This document shows, piece after piece, positions 13,493 to 26,066 of a stretch of DNA of 64,000 bases. The stretch lies in NCBI RefSeq assembly GCF_006345805.1, contig NC_042997.1, positions 181,784,001 to 181,848,000 on the forward strand, written 5' to 3'. A program made the position numbers and the translations under genes. Position 1 is the stretch's first letter. Every line of letters begins with the position of its first letter. Below the pieces are notes generated by a model that worked only from the letters and a program-made list of their open reading frames with translations, was not told where the DNA came from and made no database searches. This DNA is from Octopus sinensis. Lineage: Eukaryota.

Positions 13493-13538
<46 letters not shown>

Positions 13539-13555
13539 GTAGATTAAAAGTAATA

Positions 13556-13960
13556 ATAAATAGAGAATAGGAAGCCGGGCATAGTCTTAATTGAGAAAGA
13601 AAACAAACTATACTGGATCATAGATATAGCATACCCAGGAATTTGACAAACTAAGGATCTGGAAATTGAAATACAAAAGATGTGGCATCTTAAAACGAGA
13701 ACTGTTTCTGTGATTGTAGGTGCCCTAGTTATGATAAAAAAAAAGGGATGTCAGAAACATCTAGATAAAATCCCAGGAGAACCATGTCTCAGAGAAATCC
13801 AAAAAATTGTGCTGACAAGTACTGCCCACATCCTTAGAAAAACCCTATCCATTTAAATGTCCACGTCGTATTACATGAAAATACTTCGCTACTTCCCCTC
13901 CTCAAGCTTTGAGTCTTGCTGTAGCCTCTCTTATCCTTCATTGGGTCTGTCTCGGCAAGT
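13556..13960 (+). mobile_element. Chimeric or deleted R4/Dong-like RLE 3' fragment
   Basis: 5' part matches the family at 22560-22640 (ENRKP..IEKENK..WIIDIA); 3' part KDLEIEIQKMWHLKT..TSTAHILRKTLSI does not match it. Confidence 0.7.
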
Positions 13961-15189
13961 GACTATAACAAACATGCAGATTAAAAGTAAAAATACTAAT
14001 AATATATACATAAATACACACATACACATAAACATACATGTATGTTTGTATATATGTATGTATATATAAAAATGATAGAGGCAGAAGATAGAATATACAA
14101 GAAACTTAATTGTTCACAACGTTCGTTTCGACGCGTCCTGTATCGACCCCTCACAGGTGAGATACTGTACAACTTGTTGTGGTGCATCACTCGGTGTAGA
14201 AGTGTCTCGTTAGATGATGCTATTAGGGGTATCTCGTTAACTAAACCTTGTTTCGCTCGGCATATTAGTACATCACATTAATGATCGTAAGTTTAAGCCG
14301 TTGGGCAGGAATGGTTAAAGACAGATTCCGTTGCGATGTTGCAGACACTTGTCTACATTTCTTTAGTAGTAAATCAAAGACAGGGAGTAAATAAGAAGAA
14401 TAAGAGAAATAAAACATAGAATAAATAAATAAAAAATGTATGCGTGACGGTGTAATTACGAATATATGAAACATTTATACGGTAATAGATAACTCGTTTT
14501 TACCCTTATTTTTTCGTATGATTTAGATGCTAAGATTGAGATAATGGAAAACCATCCCATTTTTCACCCTGAAGCAAAGAGGAAATTAATTCGATATCTA
14601 ATATATCTTCTTAGATATCTAATCTAATTCAGCATAATTGTTCCCCCATCAAAGATGTTCTACTATTCTTCGCTTACGCAGGGATCATGGAATATACATT
14701 GTTATATATAACAGTATATTATCAGGATATAACATGAACAACCGCTCTGATATGCATATGCTACGTTAGTGGACCAAAAAGTAAAATAGCACGTAGACAC
14801 ACGCCCCCGCACACATACATACACACACATATTGCGGATTATAGCTCAATTCAGAATATCTGAAACGTATGATGTAATTATCTCTACAGTTATTTATCAG
14901 AAAGCTTTTGTGTGAAGATCGCAGAAGAATAAGGTAGACAACTCAGCTTCACGGATATATATATTTCAACACATTTAGATGTAAGATTGAGAAAACAACC
15001 TATTGTTTTTTTTTTAAATATGTAGAAAAGTTGAATCGGGATCTTCTTACAGACCCGTTTCTGGATAGATTTTTTTCCTCATCATGAGAGGTGTATCATT
15101 ATGTACAAGATCCACATCCTCCTCCTCCTCCTCCTCCTCCTCCTACTACTACTACTACTACCACCACCACCACCACCACCACCACCACC

Positions 15190-15220
<31 letters not shown>

Positions 15221-16467
15221 GCACATCGATGTGCTATTATTAGTAGCACATTAAAAACATTAACATTAAAAACGATAATTTGCGCTTATGTATTTGCGTT
15301 TGTTTATCTAAATATTTCGTAAAAATTATGGTTAATATAAGAACGTAAACACATCTTCTCTATGCTACTGATGAGGTGGGAAAATGGAGGAAATCATTAA
15401 ACGCACCATTTCCCTGGTTACTAACCGCTCCTTAAAGAATACCTACTCGACTTCATTTGCCAATCATAAGCACAGATTTAAATTTATTACAGCTCTGAAT
15501 TACGCTCTGTTGGGAATGAAATACGTATTTATTTATTTAATTATTTGTAATTTAATACTAACTGAATTCTGTTCCATTAATTTCACGAGAACTTTAGACA
15601 TAGCTAAAAAAATATATTTATAATAATTCTATTTCCTAACTTTATTCGTTAACTTCAGCTACGTTATCTTTTGTTGCCATAGTTAATGTTAATTCTATAC
15701 ATTTCTTAAAACAAATAATCGTTAACTATTTAAATGTCGACTTTAATGTCCAACTGAGATTTTTCGTTCTGGTATATTTTAAACATGAAAAACAACCTTT
15801 AGCTTATTGCGACTCTTAGCTGCAAATCGAATTAATTTCAATTTCAGACTAATTGTACGGATTCAACTGTATGTACTTAGTTTGCCGAACGTACAAACAA
15901 TATTGTTCATAGCCTTTTTGTTACGTGTCACTGGCCACGCTTCCTTGAGATTTGCCTCTCCCACTTTTCTTTGTTTTATATTCTCTCGCTTACTGCATTC
16001 TTCTGATGCAAGTTTGTCCCTCTGTAGACTCCGTGACAATCCAAATACCACCCAATCTATCTTTCTAATCGATTTCTCTTTTCTGATGAATGCGTTTAAC
16101 TTTCCTCTATCTTCTTCTTCTTCTTCTTCTTCTTCTTCTTCTTCTCTTCTTCTTCTTCTTCTTCTTCTTCTTCTTCTTCTTTTTTTTTTTTTTTTTTTTC
16201 TTCTTCTTCTTTTCTTCTTCTTCTTCTTCTTCTTCTTCTTCTTCTTCTTCTTCTTCTTCTAATATCTAATTGATTAAAAACTACATATTTACTGTTTATT
16301 CATATTTCTAATAATTCTTTCGAGCAATGAAACATATTATATCATGTAAGATAAAGTTTTAAATAATATATTTGCATCAATATATATTTGTGCGTGTGTG
16401 TATGTATCCATATATGTATACATACATACATACATACATATATATATATTATATATATATATATATA

Positions 16468-16576
<109 letters not shown>

Positions 16577-16629
16577 TGTATGTATGTATATAGGAACATT
16601 CAAGTCTCCGCAACAAAAGCAGTGTATTT

Positions 16630-17160
16630 TTCAAAATATTCCCAAAATACTTATAGCTCAATCATAAGTATCAGAAACTGTTAAACATATCATACTCCAT
16701 AGCTAACAACTGTGAAAAAGTGTAGCCAATTATAACCACCAATAACTTTCAAAATATAATATAAAAAGCCAAAACCTCACGCCTGTAAGCACGAACACTA
16801 AAATCCCAACCAACTACACACATATTGAGTCAATAGTAAATATGTCCGAAATAAGATACAGCAACACCCGATATATTTCGCAATCCAAACCCATACATAC
16901 TAAATATGTATAGATCCTATAGTTAGAAATACACCTTTGACCATTTATTGGAAATTATTGTCTTATACAAAATCAAAAGAAACAACAAATTTTGCCAACT
17001 CTATACCACTGAATCCTACCATATCCTGTTCCTTAACGCCCAAATAACGAACCGTAACAGAATCTTTTAAACCTTTAAAACCTCTAAAACCTTTCAAACC
17101 AATATATTCTCTCAACTGCTAAATATGAAAATATCTCATCCATTCTCACTGCCTTACTAC
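16630..17160 (+). mobile_element. Decayed Penelope-like GIY-YIG C-terminal fragment
   Basis: KIFPK..LLNISYS and EIIVLYKIKRNNKFCQLYTTESYHILF resemble the PLE linker and endonuclease tail; many stops. Confidence 0.55.
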
Positions 17161-17207
17161 TAATAATCTACTAAGAACCAGAACTATAGCTTTTCAACGG
17201 CCTACAG

Positions 17208-17304
17208 GTTTCTTTTTGGTAACCTCATTTGTCAGTCCATCTGAAAATCATATGGCGATGGAAGAATGGTGGCGTGAACAAGCCCATCCCGTTGGAAGCA
17301 CAAA
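17208..17304 (+). other. Candidate 97-bp internal exon of an unidentified host gene
   Basis: TTTTCAACGGCCTACAG acceptor and AA/GTAAGT donor; open phase-1 to phase-2 frame FFLVTSFVSPSENHMAMEEWWREQAHPVGST; no homolog recognised. Confidence 0.3.
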
Positions 17305-18378
17305 GTAAGTTATCACTTTCTTCCGTCACCTATGCTTCAAACCATGTAGAACTGCAATTGGGCAGAATAATCATCTGAGAAGTCACGAAGCACAAATAAA
17401 GGTGGAACAATCACCATATACGTATTATAACGAATGAACATACTCGTTTGTTTTGTAGTACTTCGCATACATTTTTTTCCACTCAGTTCTTATCAACCCT
17501 AAATTCGTTTGTAAACGTTCAGTTCTGCTAGCTTTTCACCGCAAAGGAAGGAAAACTTTTTATGTAGATAATACAGTACCGTTTCTTGGATGAATCAAAT
17601 CTGTACGAATTAGTAGCTTTCACTTGTCAGACATATACAGAAGATTATACAATCTGCTGGTTGAAACACTAAATCTCGTCACCAAAAATGTTCTGTATAC
17701 TCTCGTTCTTTATTTATGTTTTACAGGATGCAAAATACAGGTCGTTTGTAATATATGTACAAAGCCAGAAATTTTGGGAGCGAGCGAGAGGTAGACGATT
17801 ACATCGCTCTCGAAAGGATGAAACACAAAGTTGACCTTCGTTAGATTTGAGCGTAGAACTTACAGAGCCGGAAGAAATGCCGCTAAGGATTGTATCTCCA
17901 GCGTGCTAACGATTCTCCTAGATGGCCGCCAAGGAATACAGAGTAATAATAAAAGCAGAACTTGAAAATAATTCTACAATGGCAGTAAAAATTCCTTTCT
18001 CACAAATTCTTACATCAAAATGGACTCCCCTAAAGGAACCCAGTTTTCAGATGTTGCTATTAAACAGGGTGATGGATTTACTTCCACTACCCAAGAGCAG
18101 AAACGCACAATTTCCGTCTACCGATTTTCACTTACAAAGCTTTGATCCATTTGAGTCTATGGTAGAAGATACTGGTCCAAAGTACCTAACAGTGAGATTG
18201 ACCCTGAAACGACAATCCTGCAAAACAAACTCCTTAATCATATCGCCATCCTCGGCTCCTCGTTTCTGGTTACTTTCTTCGTCTGTCCTTCTTTATATCG
18301 TTGCCTCTGATGGTGTGAAATAATTGGCCACAGACTTCACACGTAATAGTCGGTGAAGGCCTTGGTTAGAGTTTACAG

Positions 18379-18450
18379 GTTTAGCTAGCTCAGTCGGTAA
18401 AGATAAGACTCTTAATCTCCGGATCGTGGGTTCGCACCTCAAGATGGGCT
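18379..18450 (+). pseudogene. tRNA-Lys(CTT) pseudogene
   Basis: GCTAGCTCAGTCGGTA..AGACTCTTAATCTC..GTCGTGGGTTCG matches eukaryotic tRNA-Lys-CTT, but the acceptor and T stems are disrupted. Confidence 0.8.
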
Positions 18451-18792
18451 ACTACAAAAACAAAGCAACTTTTGGTAATAAGGGTATTACATAAATACAT
18501 ATTTAAATGGAGATTAAATAAAGCTTGCAGAAACGTTGGCTCGCTGGGTAAAGTGCTTAGCAGCATTTCGTCCGTTTTTACGTTCTGAGTTTTAAGTTAT
18601 GCCGAAGCCGAATTTACCTTTCATCCTTTCGGGTCAATAGATTAAATATCAGTTGAACACTGGTGTCTATGTAATCAATTAGTCCACCACTACCATCACA
18701 CTCCCTCTCAATTTCAGGTTTTGTTTATAGTCGGAAGAATTATTTATTAATCGTGAAGGTTGCGAGATGGTAGAAGCATTAGCTGTTGTTTA

Positions 18793-19210
18793 GGCGGTGA
18801 GCTGGCAGAAACGTTAGCACGCCGGGCGAAATGCTTGGCGGTATTTCGTCTGCCGCTACGTTCTGAGTTCAAATTCCGCCGAGGTCGACTTTGCCTTTCA
18901 TCCTTTCGGGGTCGATTAAATAAGTACCAGTTACGCACTGGGGTCGATATAATCGACTTAATTCGTTTGTCTATCTTTGTTTGTCCTCCTTGTGTTTAGC
19001 CCCTTGTGGGTAGTAAAGAAATAGGTATTTCGCCTGTTTTTACACTCTGAGTTCAAATTCCGCCGAGGTCGACTTTGCCTTTCATCCTTTCGGGGTCGAT
19101 TAAATAAGTACCAGTTACGCACTGGGATCGATATAATCGACTTAATCCGTTTGACTGTCCTTGTTTGTCCCCTCTGTGTGTAGCCCCTTGTGGGTAGCAA
19201 AGAAAAAAGA
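18793..19210 (+). mobile_element. SINE family B with duplicated 3' module (dimer)
   Basis: One head followed by two copies of the CTGAGTTCAAATTCC...GTGGGTAG module. Confidence 0.9.
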
Positions 19211-20299
19211 AACATTAGCTATTGTCACAGCTTCCTTCTCAGACAGGGATACTTTGATGTAAAACCTGCAGTTTCATATGATTACTGGTCGATCCGCTTC
19301 GATCTGTCACTAAGTACTAATCACGGAGACGCAGAGTATGGTACTCGTGTCGTATAAGCGTTTATCATTATAAATGAGAAAATCTTAAGTTCGTCGTCTT
19401 TGAAATGAAGTGAAAGATTAAAATCTAAAATCGAAGCTACATTCGGACACTACCCGCCAAGAAATTATCTTTGAATCGCCGCCACCAACACTTTCACGAA
19501 AAATCAGTTGTATTTTAAATATAATGTTTGGAAAAATTAATTAAATTCAAATTAGAAGTGAATCTCTATTTGAGAGAATACTAAAATTAGAATTAAACTC
19601 TTGAATTAAAATAAAAATAATTTTTCGTTTGTTTTATCTTTCCGCCATATTCTCTTTCTTAATTAAATATATTCTCTGGCATCTATTTCATAGATTTCCA
19701 TTTTTGTCATTTTAATTTATTAATATCCGATTTAGAGAGAAAGTAAATTTTAAAAAGATGGAAAATAATTAATAACCATATTTCAAATATAATTATGGCT
19801 CTTGTAGATGAAATAGTTGTTAGTTTTGTCTAACCCCAGGTCAATTCTGTGCAAACAGATCTTAAGATCAAGTATATTCCAGCCGTGACAATCCTGTCGT
19901 TTTTGGTGAGGTAGTGATGAGTAAGATTATGTATTTTTCCATTTTTTATGACGGTGGGATGTGAACTGAAAGAGATTCGGATGCTATTTTGAGCAGGTCG
20001 ACTCATTACAAAGAGCATCTCACGTTCCCGATTTACTGTTGTTTACCACTAGGTCAGCCTTGATTGAAGAGATTTATAATTATAGGAATTTTAGCAGTTA
20101 CCATCTCTTTTGTAGTTTAGGCATAACAGTGGCGTAGCTAAAGCGGGCTTCTCAAGGGAATCCCTTGAGTTTTCCACCCTTGCATCTAAACTCCTAAGAT
20201 TAAGCAGGCTTATACAGCAGACCCAAAAAAGCCACCTCCATAAAATTGTTGCCGGGAGCGGACTACCCCTCGCCACCCTTACCAATACTGCTACAGCAT

Positions 20300-21560
20300 A
20301 GTATATCTAGACTACATCATTCATCGTAATTTTCTATTTCCCAATTTAAGATAAGATATAGAAGCTGAAGGTTTCGAAGTAGTTGTCCATAGATATCCTC
20401 TTTTACTCTGATTTTCAAAGAGATAGTTATATCTGCAGGACAGGTGACCTCTATGATGGTACATACTTTTGCCCCTCTGTTCCAAACAACAATATCCGGC
20501 CTGTTATGTTTACATTTGACAGACGTTTTGATGGGAATATTCCACCAGTATTTCTTGAGTTGGTGTTTATGAATGTATTCCATAACAGAGAGGTTTTCTA
20601 AGTTTATTTCAGCACAGACAACACCAGCACCTCCGGCAGGGTGGTGGTGGTGAACCCCGCTGTACTCTTTCACCACAACTTTCTCTCACTCTTTCTTCCT
20701 ACTTCTGCCACAAAGCTGAAGAACCATGGTATAACCCACTATGGTGTAGTAAACTTTCAGACCCTAGTCTAGATTGCGAATCCTCTGTATCCCAGGATGG
20801 TTCAGCTCTCCACCCGTTAAAAGCCACCGTTTACGGAATGAGGATAACAATGTAGCTTTCACGCCCGTGCAACTGCCAGTCGATCGCGTGTGGTGGGTGG
20901 ATCTTCAAGTTGCCACACGCATTCTTAGTAGCTTAGAGTAGGCTCGAATTAGAGATTATTCTTTGTGGCTAATGGTGTGAGTCCTGATTGGTAGAAGAAA
21001 AGAAGACACCAGCACCAGCAGCTAATTTTGCCGGTAGCTACAATCACACTAAACCAAGAACAATTATTTCCAAACTCTATCGATGTTTTGTCTTTCGTAG
21101 CAACGACATTTTTTAAAAAAATTTTACGAAAAGAATAAACATTTTGTTCATCAAAAATCTCAAGAGATATCACTGTTCTGCTTCGTAACAACTGGTTTTA
21201 GGGAACCTATTTAAGGAGGTTAGCAGAAGTAACTCTAACATATATTTCAATGGGATCTTCGATACCGCGGCCCCGTGCGAGGTCCTGAGCGCCAGTGTTT
21301 TTCGAGGATAGGAACCAAAGCCTTTCAAGAGAAAATGCCGCCGCAATGTCAAATGGTTTGCATCTCCATTATCTTCTGACATGGAAATTTGTGTAAGTTA
21401 AATCTTCCTTAGTTTGGCCGCTAAGTATTTCCCTCATGCAGTAAACTTTAGTAGATTTCCTGTGGGAACTCCACTTAGTTTTGGGATGTGGACGGGATTC
21501 CTTAAGCGCTGTAATCCTTGTTCAATTTTTGTTCGAATAACTACAGCACAACTTCAGTAA
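20300..21560 (-). mobile_element. Decayed RLE-type non-LTR element, thumb to endonuclease
   Basis: ERLWFL..GRGIEDPIEIY (thumb-like) and YWWNIPIKT..HNRPDIVVW..IIEVTCP..KEDIY (RLE). Confidence 0.75.
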
Positions 21561-22509
21561 ACTATTTGAGGACGTGAGACGTTGGAGTTTTGCTTCCCTA
21601 AACTCAACAAGCTCTATAACTTTTCACTCATAACGGAGATATAACCTGACATGTGGTAGCACGCTTCAGTGAGTCTCACCGGAAAGAAAGGTAACCCCTC
21701 TGATTCTCCTCACTTCTTCATCATTTCCGGTCAATATCAAAATAAATATATTTAACGCAAATGCAGTTTATACTAACAAGTAAAAAAAAAATAATAATAG
21801 CTATCACAAAATAATTGAAGGAAGAATATAATTTTGAAATAACAATAATTTTCGTAATTTTGCTGTATGAACTTTTCGACAGCATATCTGTGTGATTCTA
21901 GCTCCAGCTGAGAATGTAATATTAACATTTCAATGCGATTTTTGACATTGATGTACATATTTGCATATGATTTTCGACTTTAATGAACAACTCGGATCCC
22001 TTCACATCATCATTAAAACTAAGATTACATATTAATTGTTGAAAATTAGTGCGATGTAATCAATTACTTGGTCATATATTTTACTACGAATGTGAAAAAT
22101 TATGATTCTTCGCTCTAATAGGAGGGGCAATGAAATCAATGAAGCGTGTGTTTGAATTTATCGGATGGAATTAAGAAGTTTTATTGACATTGTTATTGGT
22201 ATTACTATTGGTTCAAATTGCTGCGGTCGTTGCTGATGCTAATATTTTAAAATTGTTGATTTATTTTGTGCAGTTGCTTGTGTCGTTATTTGATTGTTAT
22301 TGATACTATCTTTTAGTGTAATTATTTTTTGTGCTCTTGTTGTTACTCATGTTCGTACTGTTGTTGTTGGGGAATTATATTTTTGTCGTTCACTTTTGTG
22401 TCGTTGTTGTTGTTGTTGTTGTTTAAAGATGGAAAAATTGGATTTTATCAGCTTCTTTATGGTGGCTTTGTTGTTGCTCTGTTACTCTGTTATTTGTTTC
22501 AGTCCAGTC

Positions 22510-22960
22510 ATTAGAAATGCAAAGATCCTATAGGATTTTATGATTCCGTGCGACCATGAGGTAGGTAGAGAATAGGAAGCCAGACATCATCTTAATTGAG
22601 AAAGAAAACAAAGTATGCTGGATCATAGATATAGCATGTCCTTCTGACAACAAGGTATGCGATAAGGAAGAAAGAAAGGTCGAGAGATATGACAGGTTAG
22701 CTTGGGAAGTTAAGCAGTTGTATTTGATGTAAAATGTAGCAGTAGTACCAATAATTGTCGGAGCCCTACGAACAGCCAGCAAAAATCTTGAGAAGTACGT
22801 GGAACAAATAAGGACTGCAATAAGGGTGGAGCACTTGCAGAAAACAGCACTGCTTGAAACGCTCGAATACTCCGAAAGGTGCTCGAAATATAAGAAGTGT
22901 TACCTTAGTTCAACAGCTGACACTGAAGTACATCTCCAGCGTTAGAATGTGTGCAAAGTC
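22510..22960 (+). mobile_element. R4/Dong-like RLE 3' fragment (family D4) ending in (AAT)n
   Basis: DFMIPCDHE..ENRKPDIILIEKENKVCWIIDIACP..KVERYDRL..LQKTALLE. Confidence 0.85.
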
Positions 22961-22983
22961 AATAATAATAATAATAATAATAA

Positions 22984-23021
<38 letters not shown>

Positions 23022-23148
23022 AGTAGTAGTAATAATAATAAAATAATAAAATAATAATAATAATAGTATAGTAGTAGTAGTGAGTAGTAGTAGTAGTAGT
23101 AATAAATAATAATAATAATAATAAAATAATAATAATAATAATAATAAT

Positions 23149-23690
23149 ATGGCTCTCATGGCTTCTGATCTTAACTGATTGGAAGTGTTATCATGTACAT
23201 TGTTTTGTCTTGGTATAAAAGATGGGCTACAGCAAATATTCTGCTCAATACCACAGATTTGCTTGTCAGTTGTTTGACCATAACCAGTTGAGCATGTCCC
23301 TTAGTGGCTGACGATATGCGCATCTCTGATCACGAGCAGAAGTAGTGGGGGAGCATCATAGCCATGTGTTGAGAGGGATTCTTTGGGGTTTGAATAATTC
23401 ACCTCTGGAAACATTTGGTGGTTCTTTCAACATCCTTAAACAACCCTTATTCAGGGACCTTTTGAGCGGGATGGGCTACTCAACCTGAAGAAAATTCTAA
23501 CTGGGCTCCACCTGCAAGGTCATGTGCTGTTTATCGTGATATGAGATCACCATGTCGCGCACATATGGTTGTGATGCATGTGCCTGGTGTACCCTTATCA
23601 GACGGTAGTCATGATGGGTATATTGAGTTTCGTATATTTTACCCAGTGTCACTTTGATGGCATGAACTGCTTTCTCACACTCAATATAAT
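23149..23690 (+). mobile_element. Non-coding (AAT)n-tailed retroposon segment, probably a LINE 3' UTR or SINE
   Basis: Bounded by (AAT)n on both sides; its 3' end recurs on the minus strand at 59990-60082. Confidence 0.6.
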
Positions 23691-23775
23691 AATAATATGA
23701 TAATAATAATAATAATAATATAATAATAATAATAATATATAATAATAATATAATAATAATAATAATATTATATTA

Positions 23776-23819
<44 letters not shown>

Positions 23820-23859
23820 TTTATTACTGTTATTATTATCTATAAAGAATAACGAATCA

Positions 23860-24275
23860 TAAATAGAAATTTATCAAATGCTTCTTCAGGGATATTACCT
23901 TGAGGTTTCATGACAAGTTTCCACAATCTCAAAAATCTTTCTTATGATTCTCTGCAGAATACATGTCAATATACTGCAGGTCGACAATACATGTCTTAAT
24001 TCTAATATCCTTCAAACTCTTAGGTAGCAGTTTGAGTGTTGTCTAAAATGTACTAATTATCAGAAGAACAGTTGTCACCTTTGTCTTCCAAAATCTCTTC
24101 CTCTCCGTGGCTTGATCCTGATATTTCTCAATTTTATCAATATCTTTGGTATCCATTCTTATTGTATGGTATTGCAATGTCTACAATGTTACACTTCCTT
24201 TTTTTGTCCTCTATAATCATTGTCTTCTTGAATAATATAACCAGTCATTATAGAGAAATCACATTATATATGAGG
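23860..24275 (-). mobile_element. Decayed R4/Dong-like RLE fragment (family D7)
   Basis: IIEDKK..CNIVDIAIPY..KIEKYQD..WKTKV in broken frames; 3' end faces the (ATT)n tract. Confidence 0.7.
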
Positions 24276-24966
24276 TACCAGTCAAGACAATTTTTACACC
24301 TGCAATATGGTAAGCCAGAGATCATCTTCAAATAATTTTCAGTTCCTTTTTCGATCATTCCCAGTGCTCCTACAATCACTGGCGTTGTAACCGTCTTGAG
24401 ATGCCATATTTTGTTTTTTAATTTCAATCAGTAAATCTATATATTTTCTGAGATTATTAAATTCTTTTGCCGAGACATTATGATCACAAGGTATGCTCAT
24501 GTGAACCAATAAACAGATTTTATTGTTTTGGTCTTTCACAGCAATATCTGGTTTATTAGCTTTGATGGTCCGGTCAGCATGTACCGGAAAGTTCCAAAGA
24601 ATCCTTACATTCTCTCCCTCAGTTACAACCTCAGGGTTGTGCTTGTACCATTTGTCAGCAGTTTTGATTTTATAATGCCGACATTAATCAGTGTAGGTAT
24701 TGGTCGACTCTGTCATGTCTTGATTTATATTCTACTGGTGCGAAAAACCTTGCACCCAGATATTAGGTTATCCACTGCTTCAATCTCATCGTTGAGGTAT
24801 CGGTACTTTGGATCTGCTCCATTTTTCATCACTTAAGCTTGGTAGTTCAATAAGTTCTGATTTTGAGCGGCGAAGACAAAGCCTTCGCTCTCTGCCTTTA
24901 GCCCTGAGCTCCGTAGCCATTGATAGGTGTGCTCGTGGTCTACATCACCTTGTTTGCTACGGGCCA
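24276..24966 (-). mobile_element. Older copy of family D2 (pre-zinc knuckle to RLE)
   Basis: Roughly 85% similar to about 12040-12740; joined directly to the D7 fragment; (ATT)n at its 5' side. Confidence 0.85.
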
Positions 24967-24968
24967 CA

Positions 24969-25022
<54 letters not shown>

Positions 25023-25178
25023 CATCATCATCATCATCATCATTATTATTAAGGCTGCGAGCTGGCAGAATCGTTAGCACGCTGGACGAAAGGCTTAGCG
25101 GGAACTTCGCCCGTCGCTAATTTCTGAGTTCAAATAACATTTCCCCCAAATTGCTCTTGTGGCAAAAATTTTAAATAC

Positions 25179-25206
<28 letters not shown>

Positions 25207-25210
<4 letters not shown>

Positions 25211-25890
25211 TAGTTTTATTTTTATTTTTATAGCATGCTTTCACTTCACTACCGAGCGCAGCTCTGTGTGCCTTGGGTATGTGCTGTGATTTGTTGTGAT
25301 GCTCTGATGGTTATTGTATGGAAAGTGTTCTGCGTAGGATGTGTGCAGTGCCTAGTAGTGCAATTTTCTGTATGTTATATGTGTTTGTAAGTCCTGGTGT
25401 TTTTGTTATGTATTTGTCTGAATATTTTTTTATCATGCCTAATGCACCTACTATGATAGGAATTGTTTCTGTTTTCAGATTCCACATTCTAGTTACCTCT
25501 ATTTCCAGGTCTTTGTATTTTGAGAGTTTCTCCATTTCTTTTAGAGACACGTTGTCATCTGCCGGTACTGATACATCAATTAGAAAGCATTTTTTTTCTT
25601 CATCGTCTCTGACAACTATATCTGGTCTGTTGGCCTTAATTTCTCTATCTGTGTGTATCGGCATATCCCAGAGTATGGTTGCTTTCTCGTTTTCTGTGAC
25701 CTTTTCTGGTGTGTGCCTATACCATCTTTTTTCTGTTGTTATTCCATAATGTTGGCATAGCTTCCAATGTATGTAAGTTCCAACTCTGTCATGTCTGTGA
25801 ATATATTCCTTCTTAGCCAGGACTGGGCAGCTAGAGATAATATGATTTATTGTTTCTTGTCCATCTCCACATATTCTGCAATATTACTTG
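25207..25890 (-). mobile_element. Family D1, copy c (longer: CCHC, RLE and 3' UTR)
   Basis: Open frame CRICGDGQETINHIISSCPVL..ILWDMPIHTD..RRTLSIQ; flanked by (ATT)n. Confidence 0.92.
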
Positions 25891-25893
25891 TAA

Positions 25894-25958
<65 letters not shown>

Positions 25959-25959
<1 letters not shown>

Positions 25960-26033
25960 CTATACAATAATCTGCTCGTTCGTTCGCCCGATATACATTA
26001 GTTAGCGAGGTGGAGTGAGTGAAAGGTGAAGTA

Positions 26034-26066
<33 letters not shown>

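Noticed and set aside
15368-15400. CTGATGAG..GAAA hammerhead-like string
   Set aside because: No complementary stem II, and no stem I or III.
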